This document shows positions 54,972-64,000 of a DNA stretch of 64,000 nt, one piece after another. A program made the translations under genes and the position numbers. Each line of letters starts with the position of its first letter. Positions within the stretch are counted from its first letter, which is position 1. Source of the DNA: an uncultured delta proteobacterium (lineage in GTDB: Bacteria > Desulfobacterota > WTBG01 > CAIYCZ01 > CAIRTM01); contig CAWDSQ010000005.1 in NCBI GenBank assembly GCA_963804955.1, positions 209,484-273,483 on the forward strand. The letters run 5' to 3'. The notes under the pieces were generated by a model, which searched no databases, was not told where the DNA came from, and was given only the letters and a program-made list of their open reading frames with translations.

Positions 54972-55421
54972 ATGAGACGATATCTGTATCCATGTTTGCT
55001 GCTTGTGATGGCGGCAGCCTGTGCTGAAAGCCGCTCGGGCAATGTCTACACGCGCGACCAGGCCCGCACGGCAATGAATATTTCCTATGGCCGGGTCATA
55101 CAGGTAAGCCAGGTTCAGATTGAAGGAACTAAAAGCGCCGTCGGCCCGCTGGCAGGAGGGGCGGCAGGTGCTGCTGTCGGGAGCACTATCGGCGGCGGAA
55201 CGGGCAAAACGGTTGCTGTCGTTCTTGGCGGGCTCGCCGGAGCGGTGGGCGGCGCTGTTGCGGAAGAGCAGATAACGAAAAAAAACGGCCTTGAAATAAC
55301 CGTGCAGATGCACAATGGCGACAGGACCGTCATTGTGCAGGAAGCAGACGAGCCATTCTCTGTGGGTGATGCAGTGCGTATTATCAAAGGCCCTGACGGC
55401 TCAGCCCGCGTGCGGCATTAA
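54972..55421 (+). CDS. Glycine-zipper 2TM outer membrane lipoprotein (SlyB-like)
   Basis: Lipobox AAAC; GxxxG zipper; GLEITV..VIVQ..F.VGD.V. Confidence 0.85.
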   Translation: MRRYLYPCLLLVMAAACAESRSGNVYTRDQARTAMNISYGRVIQVSQVQIEGTKSAVGPLAGGAAGAAVGSTIGGGTGKTVAVVLGGLAGAVGGAVAEEQITKKNGLEITVQMHNGDRTVIVQEADEPFSVGDAVRIIKGPDGSARVRH

Positions 55422-55496
55422 AATTAATGATTCTGCAACAATATCTGAGGCTGTTCTCAATAGTCTTTATGTGTGTTTAAGGTTCTTTAAAAAATA

Positions 55497-55640
55497 AGCC
55501 GGAATTCAGTAGTCAGAATTAAAACAAAAGACACAGAGGCTTCAAGGATTTTGTTTGTTTATTGCAGAAAATCAGAGTCTGAAACGCTTCCGCTGTTTTT
55601 TATGCTGCATTCTGACTCCAGGATTCTGACTTCCAGCTCT
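55497..55640. repeat. Second inverted heptamer-repeat cassette
   Basis: ggaattcagtagtcagaatt at 55501-55520 is identical to 15759-15778; right arm ttctgac-tccagga-ttctgac. Confidence 0.65.
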
Positions 55641-55809
55641 GGAAATTAGAAGATGTCATGAAATATTTCCATCGCGTATGCCCCACAGCTTTCTGCCGGG
55701 AGGCAAAATTATTACACAGCGTTTTGGATACTATTCTTGAAAGGCGAATAAGCAGGCGCGGCTTTTCGGAATGAGTTTTTCAGGTGTGTTGGTTTTCTGT
55801 GGCCATGCT

Positions 55810-56154
55810 CTATACCCCGGCGGCCATTGCCTGCTTCAGGTCAGGTCGGGCCTCGGTGAACTCGACCCCCATTCCCGGCTTGGCGAGCCGAGCGTAGCGA
55901 ACCTCCATTTTTAAAGCATTGCGGACAATCCCCGTTGCCCGGTAAACCGTGCCGCCTATGTCAAGATCCAAGACCAGGAGAGATCCCACCGGGTAGACCA
56001 CCATGTTGGTGGCGATGAACAGGCCTTTCTCGGTGAGCCGGCGGGCATAGGCCTGGTGTTTAGGCTCATCAATGCCATACGTGACCCGGTAGCTCCTGTA
56101 GCCCCTCATGTGGCGCCGTTTTTTGCTTCCGCCCTGCATGGTTGACGTAATCAT
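55810..56154 (-). CDS. PilZ-like protein
   Basis: RRHMR, GLFI, G.VR, PGMGVEF. Confidence 0.6.
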   Translation of the reverse strand: MITSTMQGGSKKRRHMRGYRSYRVTYGIDEPKHQAYARRLTEKGLFIATNMVVYPVGSLLVLDLDIGGTVYRATGIVRNALKMEVRYARLAKPGMGVEFTEARPDLKQAMAAGV

Positions 56155-56242
56155 GGCGCTGCCTTCCCTGATAAATTTTTTTATGGCTCGTCCTGCAACA
56201 AGGGCTGCCGGTGCCCGAAGGGCAGCCTCCAAATAGTGCTGA

Positions 56243-57322
56243 TTACTGCACTTTCAGGCGGTAGACCGCATAGGGCGCGGTTCGCGTGCTTTGACCCCCA
56301 TTGAACCAGGGCATGGCCTGGATATGGGAGTCGGTTATATAGAGATAGCCGTCGCGGGAAATCGCATAGCTGTCGGGCCATCCCAGGCGCTTGTCACTGA
56401 TGATCAGTGTCATTTTTTCCTCGGGCGATATCCGCATGATAGCTCCTTTTTCAAGGTCTCCGAAATACAGGTTGCCCTCCCGGTCGAAAATCATCCCGTC
56501 CGTAGTCGTAATGTCACCAACCGTTTCCACCTTCTCAGCAAGCGCTGCGCGGCCAAGGAGGCTGTCCTGCAGGTGCCGCGTCGCAATACGGTAGAGTTTG
56601 GCGTCGGTCAGGGGCTTGTAATAGAGATACTGACCGTCAGGCGTCAGGGCGATGCCGTCGGCGTTGATCTTGAGGGGGCCCTTGCCATTGCGCACTTCTT
56701 TCCCGGCGATGCGGAAGGTGTAGGCAGGGTCTGACTTTGTGGAAGGGCTGCTGCCGAGCCGCCGCCGAGCTTTGCCGGTTTTCAAGTCGAGAACAATGAT
56801 GGCTCCGCCCTGTGATTCGGTCAGGTAGGCAATAGAGCGTTTCGTGTCGATTCGCACGTCGTTCAGATAGCTTTTTTTGCCTGCCACGGCAGGCTCGAAG
56901 CCGTAGACCCGCTTCACCGTATTGGTCGCGAGATCGATTTCAACCAGCTTGTTCGCGCCGGGCACTACGCCGGCAAGCGCAGGGCTGGCCGGATCAACCA
57001 CCCAAAGCCTGTCCAGAGCATCGACAAACACAGCCTGCGCGCAGACGAATTTGTCTTTGCCGCCTTCTCCCTGTTTCCATGAGTTCCAGTGCTCATCGGG
57101 AAACGGCACGGCCAGGCCATTTTTGAGAACTTCAACGACATCATAGCGGTGTTCAGGGAGCCAGCGCGGATAGGTCACAAAAAGCCTCCCTGATTTGGAA
57201 ATCGCCACGCCGGTCAGCTGATAGGTGTTGTCGCTGAATACGGTCTCAAGCTCAGCTGCCTGTGCTGCAGCCAGGCAACACACGGCCAGGGCCAGTACAA
57301 AGATTATTATCCTGCGGCACAT
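56243..57322 (-). CDS. Secreted major royal jelly/yellow-like beta-propeller protein
   Basis: TGVAIS..GRLFV.YPRW, RLWVVD, YLNDVRID, DGIAL, WPD. Confidence 0.85.
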   Translation of the reverse strand: MCRRIIIFVLALAVCCLAAAQAAELETVFSDNTYQLTGVAISKSGRLFVTYPRWLPEHRYDVVEVLKNGLAVPFPDEHWNSWKQGEGGKDKFVCAQAVFVDALDRLWVVDPASPALAGVVPGANKLVEIDLATNTVKRVYGFEPAVAGKKSYLNDVRIDTKRSIAYLTESQGGAIIVLDLKTGKARRRLGSSPSTKSDPAYTFRIAGKEVRNGKGPLKINADGIALTPDGQYLYYKPLTDAKLYRIATRHLQDSLLGRAALAEKVETVGDITTTDGMIFDREGNLYFGDLEKGAIMRISPEEKMTLIISDKRLGWPDSYAISRDGYLYITDSHIQAMPWFNGGQSTRTAPYAVYRLKVQ

Positions 57323-57777
57323 GGCATATCCTCTTGTCGTAGTGCGTGCATGCCAGTAATGAGAAAAGGAATAGATTCTCCCCTGGCTTCATGCCGGAAA
57401 GCGTCCCTTCACCAGCCTGCCTTCATCGTACTTTCCGGTACTATTTATCGGGTCTTTTTTCATTATACTACAATGTTTTTTCTGTATATGCTCACTATGT
57501 CTTATTAAGCTACAATAACGCTACCGATCAGTATCCGCATTTTAATATAAAATATAGCATAGCCCGGGGATAAGGGGTGACCGGCTGTTATATCCGGGAA
57601 TAAACAGCGGCCCATGTTTTGTCGGAGGAATGAATTAAGCCCTTTCATGTATTTTAGAGAAAGCTTTTTGCGAAGTTCTGGTGCAGGTATGTGTTGATTG
57701 ATGAAATAAATAAGGTTATGCTGTAAAATATCCAACAATTATGCTGACCCCCCTGCTGAAAGAGATGCTGAAGGTAA

Positions 57778-60700
57778 ATGGCTTCTGTGGAGAAATGCAT
57801 GCAATCCCCTGTTAGCATGTTACTGGTTGAAGGTGAAGCCTCCCATGCGGCACGCATAATCGAGGTTTTCAGGCCTGTCGAATCTGTCAGTCTTTGCCAT
57901 GCAAAAAGTCTCAAAGAAGCCAGGGCCTTTCTTGCCGCATCCCAGCCTCATATAATTCTTGCAGACTGGACCCTGCCCGATGGCGGCGGTATTGAATTGC
58001 TTGCTGATACCGAAAACGGCATGCGGCTGCCTGTTGTTTTAATGGCAGCCTCCGGCAGTGAAGACCTTGCCGTGGAGGCTATAAAGTCGGGTGCGCTGGA
58101 TTATTTTGTTAAATCCCCCGAGCGGTTTCAGGAACTGCCGCAGGTCATCAGCCGGGCGCTCCGGGAGTGGCAGACCACAGCCGGGCGCAGGAAGGCCGAA
58201 GAAGCGCTGCGGCAGTCGGAGCAGCGCATGCGGCTGCATATTGAGCAAACCCCGCTGGCGGTGATCGAATGGGATACGGATTTCCGGGTGCTGCAATGGA
58301 ACCCGGCAGCGGAAACAATCTTCGGCTATACAGCAGGGGAAGCCATTGGGCAGCATGCCGGCTTCATTATTCCTGAAACGTCCCGGGAACAAGTGGACCG
58401 GGCATGGTATGACCTTCTGGCGCAGAAGGGCGGGCATCGGATCACCAATGAGAATATGCGGAAAGACGGCAGTATAATCTGCTGCGAGTGGTATAACACG
58501 CCGCTGACCAACTCAGACGGCGTTGTCGTTGGCGTTGCCTCCCTTGCCCGTGACATAACCGAGCGCCAGCGGGCAGAGGAAGCGCTGCAGCTTTTCAAGG
58601 AATCGGTTGAAAGCTCATCGGATGCTATCGGGATGTCGACCCCGGATGGCGTCCATTATTATCAAAACAGAGCTTTCAGCGCATTTGTTCGGCGATATCG
58701 GGCCCGATCCCTGCGCCAGTCTTTATGTTGTCGAGCATGTCGGCCGTGAGGTATTTACAACCATCATGGAAGGCGGGCAGTGGGCGGGCGAGGTCGAGAT
58801 GTATGCAAAAGACCGGCAGGGTTCTAAACATATTTCTGCGCGCCTATGCCATTAAAGACCCGAACGGCCGGATCATCGGCCTTGTGGGCATTCATACGGA
58901 CATTACCCATCGCAAAAGGGACGAGCAGGCACTGCGGCAAAGCAAAAATTTTTTAAGCGAAATTCAGCGTCTTGCCCATACCGGCGGCTGGCAAATATGA
59001 TTTCAAAACAAGGCAACTCACCTGGTCTGACGAGCTCTACAGACTGCTGGGCTATGCGCCCGGCGCAGTTACGCCGTCTTTTGAGCAGTATTGGAAACAT
59101 ATCCACCCCGATGACAGGAGCGGATGACCTCGATGCCATGAAACCATGGAGACGGTATCCCCAGGATATAGAGTACCGCCTTGTGTTCCACCGATGGCAC
59201 CGTTCACTACCTGTCTCACGCGCAACCGATATGAATATGCCAGCGCGGACAATCCCGTCTGTTCATGTACGGCACGATTGCAGATATTACCGGCAGCAAG
59301 CTGGCCGAGAATGCCGTCAAAACCTCGCGGGACATGCTGGAGACAATTTTTCAGACATCGCCCGACACCATAATGTTCTCGGATGCGATCGGGGACATAG
59401 TGGCGGTCAATGATGCCGTTGAGAAATCGCTGGGCTATACACCGCAGGAGCTTATCGGCCAGTCCTATGCCCTTCTGGCCCCCGAGCAGGCTGAAGACAT
59501 GCAGACGCTGCGAAAGAACCTCGAACGATTTATTTGAAAAAGGTTTTTTAAAAAATCGGGAGCTCATCTTCCGCAAAAAAAACGGGGCCAATATCTACCT
59601 TGAATGCAATGCACGAGATTCTGCAGGGATGACAGACGGCGCTATGACGGGGGGTGTTTCAGTGATGCGCGATATTACCGAGCGAAAAAAAATGGAGGCC
59701 CAGTATCGCCAGTCACAGAAAATGGAGGCCATCGGCACCCTCGCCGGCGGCATCGCCCATGATTTCAACAATATTCTGGCAGCCATTATGGGCTATACGG
59801 AGCTGTCCATTGAAGATTCAGCCCGGGGTATATCCGTGCAGCATAATCTCGACCAGATACTCAAATCCGCCATACGCGCACGGGATCTTGTCCGGCAGAT
59901 ACTGGCCTTCAGCCGCAAGGACATGGAGGCCCGTGCCCCCCTGCAGGTGAGCCCGCTGATCAAAGAGGCCATTAAGCTGCTGCGTGCGACGCTGCCGGCA
60001 ACCATTGACATACGGGAAACCATCAGCAGGCAATCCGGACTGATCAATGCCAACCCGACGCAGATCCACCAGGTGCTCATGAACCTGTGCACCAATGCCG
60101 CTCATGCCATGAGCGAAAACGGCGGCGTTCTGGAGATCGGGCTGTCGTCGGTTTTTCTGGCTGAACGGCAGGCGGCGGATTATCACGATTTGCCCGAGGG
60201 GGCATACGTGAAAGTGACCGTCAGCGATACGGGCACAGGCATTGATCCCCATTTTATCGACCGCATTTTTGAGCCGTTCTTTACGACCAAGGAGTTCGGC
60301 AAGGGCACCGGCATGGGGCTTGCCGTGGCGCACGGCATTGTCAAAAGCTGCGGCGGAGATATATGGGTGCGCAGCAACCCCGGCAAAGGCACCACCTTTG
60401 ACGTGCTGCTGCCCGAGCTGACGGATGCCGCCCTGGAGGCGGCGCCTGAACCGCCGCCGCTGCTCACGGGCACTGAGCGCATACTGCTGGTTGATGACGA
60501 AAAAATGCTGCTTGATGTCGGGCAGAGCATGCTGAAATCCCTTGGGTATCAACCCACCGTCATGCTGAGCAGCAAGAGCGCCCTGGAGTGGTTTCAAAAG
60601 GATCCTGACTGTTTTGATCTTGTTATAACCGACATGACCATGCCGCATATGACGGGAGATAAACTGGCTGAAAAACTTATGCACATCAGGCCCGGCATAC

Positions 60701-60960
60701 CCGTTATCATGGCTACCGGCTATAATGAAAAAATATCAGAGGAAATCGTTCGGGCCCTCGGCATCAAGGCCCTGATCATGAAGCCGTTTAACCGCAGAGA
60801 GATATCTCAAACGATCCGTTCGGTTTTAGACAGCGAAAATTGCTCACGCCTTGATGTACTGAGACAAGAAGCCGCCGCCAGCCGCGTATTCTGTTCAACA
60901 GAGTTTTTTGCTACTGCGGCTGATTGCGGCAGGCATCGCGCATGGTGTCAACGGCGATGA
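57778..60960 (+). CDS. Hybrid sensor kinase (REC, multiple PAS, HisKA, HATPase, REC); several frameshifts
   Basis: N-terminal REC; EWYNTPL PAS; QSQKMEAIGTLAGGIAHDFNN, NAAHAM, GTGMGL, ILLVDD. Confidence 0.88.
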
Positions 60961-62168
60961 AGAATTCGCGCATGGCCATGACCCAGTAATAGCGGCCCCT
61001 GTCGGTAAGCTGGATGGCCGGGCCGGTTTCGCGGATAGCGCGGGCAAGCCGCAAAAGCAGCGTCTCGAAAAACAGATCGCGGGTATAGGTCCTGCCGAAT
61101 GCTTTTTGAAAGGCTGCCTTGTCAAGCTCAAGGCCGAAGAGCTTCATAAGGAAGAAATAGTAGCGGTTTTCCCGGGGAGTGAATTTTTTCACGCGCGTGA
61201 TCGGCAGTTCGCCCTTGCGTATTTTTGCGATATATTCCTCAAGCGAAAACGACGTAATATAGATGCAGTCGTTGAAATACCCGAAGGAGCCGCTGCCCGC
61301 GCCCACATATTTATCATAGGCGATGATGTACTCATCGATCATCGATTTTTTTCGCGAGAAGCACCACGCAGTTGAGCCGGTGTAGTTTTTGCGCATGCTT
61401 TCAAGGATGGTGAAGTAGAAGCGTTTTTCCTTGCGGAAATCCACAGCGCCAAGGGTCGAGCGCAGGGCCTTCTCAACCGACGGCGCCGTCATGAGCGGAT
61501 AGAAGGTGACCTGGTCGGGCAGCAGGCTGTCGATGATGTCAAGATCAGCCCGCAGGCTTGCATCATCCTGCAGGGGCATGTTGAAGATGAGATCGACATT
61601 GAGCGTGTCGAAGATGCCGCGGGCGCCGCTCAGCTTTTTTTGAATATCGGAACCGCTGCCGTATTTTTCAAACCTGCCGATGGCTTTCAGTATTTTGTCG
61701 TCAAAGCTCTGCACGCCCACGCTCAGGCGGTTCACGCCCGCGTCCTTTAAAACCTTCATATGCCGGTCGGTCAGGTGATTGGGATTGGTCTCAACCGATA
61801 GTTCCTTAATGCTGAAATTTTTCGCGGCAGTAGTCAAGCACGCGGGTAAGCCCGTCAAGAAAGATCGTGGGCGTGCCGCCGCCGACATACATGCCCTTGA
61901 AGTCATAGCCGAGTTTTTTATACATCGCAAGCTCGGTGAGCAGCGCATCGAAATACGGCCGGGCAAGCTCCACGGTAAATGCATAGCGGTGAAACGAGCA
62001 GTACGGGCAGAGGGTTTCGCAGAACGGGATATGAACATACAGCAGATAATCATCCGTGTCAGCCGCAGAGCGGTGCGGCACGGGATGTTCCTCCACGCTG
62101 CCGAAGCGCAGCACCGAGCGCATGGTCCGGCGGTAAAAATAATTCAAAAGGGGTTCTATCAGATACAT
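60911..62168 (-). CDS. HemN-like class C radical SAM methyltransferase, MenK/MqnK (menaquinone methyltransferase) type; frameshift near 61820
   Basis: YVHIPFCETLCPYCSF, GGGTPT, ETNPNHL, RLSVGVQSF, QVTFYPLM, MIDEY. Confidence 0.75.
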
Positions 62169-62170
62169 GC

Positions 62171-63947
62171 CTATTCCATATTCCGGGAATGTTGTGCGAT
62201 GCCCGCAGGGGCTCGAGATTTTGAGCCACTGCAATCTTGATCCCTGCACTTACATGGCTTCAATGTTGTGCCCAGGCGCGCGCACTGCAGAGACTGCGCT
62301 TTTTCAAAAAAAATATCAACGGCTTTCCGTGAGGTTTCATACGGAAACTGCTCATAGCGGTAGCCGTCTGTTGCGGGCAGGCGCTTCATGCCGAAGAAAA
62401 TTTTTTCATCAAGAAGTTTTTTGAAAGCGCCAGGCCTGCTGCTTCCGTCGAAAGCGGGCGTGGCAGGGTTGCGGTAGGGTCGTGGCCTGCGGCAAACAGC
62501 TCGGGCAAATCTGCCAGGGAACATGCGGCCATGCCCTTTTTTGCAAGCAGCCCTTTTGTGAAATTTATCCAGCGGCACAGGCGCAAGAGCGTCGCCAGAT
62601 CAAGGCGGCAGCAGTAGGCGTTTCAACCGGGAAGGCGCTTGAGCGAAGCAGCCCGTACTGCGTAACATCGCACAGGCCTGCCTCCTTTACCGCATCAAAG
62701 GTGCGGGTGCCGGGGCTGGGTAGAAGATGCTGGGTCCGAGCATCGAGGGCTGCTCCACAAGATAGATGATGGAGTCAATCATGTCTTCCAGCCGGTGGTC
62801 GGGCATGCCAAGAATGATATAGGTCGTGACGGGCAGGCCCAGCCGGGCCGCCGCCTCCAGCGCGGCCTCTGCGCGGTCAGTGTCGGCCAGCGGCGGTCCA
62901 TGCGGCGGTTCAGCTTCGTGGCTGCTGCTGCCAAGTGAGAGATCCAGCCGCTCAAAGCCCGCAGCCTTCATGGCCTGCAAGACCTCCGGGTCAAGGGATA
63001 TGAGCGATAGGCCGTTCATCGCAAAAAGCCGCAAACGGCGCTCGCTGAATTCTTCTATAATCCCGTTGAGCAGGCGCAGTGCTCGCTCGCGGTCGAAGGT
63101 GAAGTTGTCGTCTTCGAAATCAAAGGCCGTGATGCCGAAGCGGTCGTGGCAGTCTCTCATCTCGGCAATGACATGCTCTGCCGACCTGCACCGGAGCCGG
63201 CTTCCCATCACCTGATGCACCGAACAGTATGAGCAGCGCTGCGGGCAGCCCCGGCTCGTGAGCAGCATGGCACAGGCGGCTTCCCAACGCTGTACCATGA
63301 GGAATTAAGAAGATCGCGGGCAGGCAGGGGCAGGCTGCCAAGATCCTCTATGTATTCCCCGCGCGGATGCACAACCACCTCGCCTCTGCGCTTAAAGGCA
63401 AGGCCTGCGATGTCGCCGATGTCGCGGCCTTCAGACAGGGAGCCTGATAAGCTGAGGCAGGGTGCGCTCTCCCCTCGCCAATAATGACATAATCTATGTA
63501 CGGGCTTGTGAGCACTTCGGCAGGAAGCGCGCTTGCATGGGCGCCGCCTACGATTACAGGAATTGCGGGGTTGAGGCTTTTGACGATCTGTGCGGTTTTG
63601 AGCGTTTCTTCAACATAGGGCGTAAACTGGCAGGAAATGCCAACAGCCTGCGGTTCAGCCGCTGCAACAGCCTGCCGGACCTCATCCCAGGAAATACCGA
63701 AATGGCTGTACCTGCCGTAGAGCCGAAAGGGGCTTACGTCGCCTGCTGTGTAAAAGCGGTTCATGTAGGAGAATGCCGCGGGCAGGGGCCGCTGCCGCTT
63801 TTTGCCGGGTGGCTGGCAGTCAAGTATGGCGACGTCGTTCCCATGCTGCCGAAGCGCTGCGGCAAGGCAGGCAAGCCCGAGCGGCTGCGTGCGTATGGCG
63901 GTTTGATAGAAATCCTCCACAGGAGGCTGCATGAGAAGAATGCGCAT
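62171..63947 (-). CDS. Cobalamin-binding radical SAM protein; frameshifted, 3' end uncertain
   Basis: PLGLACLAA, VGIS, VGGAH, IGEG, TSRGCPQRCSYC, FEDDNF. Confidence 0.8.
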
Positions 63948-64000
63948 GGCCGGTCAGTAGCTGATGGAAAAAGTGGGAAACTTTCCGGTATACGGCTCGC

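Overview
Core-chromosome segment of a moderately GC-rich Gram-negative anaerobe. The leuS-lptE-holA/rpsT and ileS-lspA-lgt gene orders, the DUF134/NifB-NifX/Mrp cluster, an acyl-CoA dehydratase activase and a MenK-type enzyme suggest a deltaproteobacterium (Desulfobacterota-like); this placement is inference. About 20 genes, including essential ones (leuS, ileS, lspA, glmM), are split by single-base indels. This looks like long-read consensus error, so the split ORFs are reported as single genes. The window holds about 55 CDS, the RNase P RNA, a Phd-RelE/ParE toxin-antitoxin pair and many intergenic palindromic repeats. No tRNA, rRNA, CRISPR array, integrase, intact transposase or reverse transcriptase was seen. 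Main findings: (1) an unannotated 23-aa leader peptide (FFWFYFNF) with a full promoter/antiterminator/terminator attenuator ahead of DAHP synthase; (2) a secreted tandem DUF1566 (C-type-lectin-fold) protein whose two internal segments carry a diversity-generating-retroelement (DGR) variable-region codon signature, with no template repeat or RT in the window; (3) a MenK/MqnK-type menaquinone methyltransferase; (4) a divergent HemF-fold protein; (5) a long YvcK/GlmR fusion next to glmM; (6) structured leaders ahead of the RRM and cold-shock genes. All calls come from motif recognition by eye; no database search was run.
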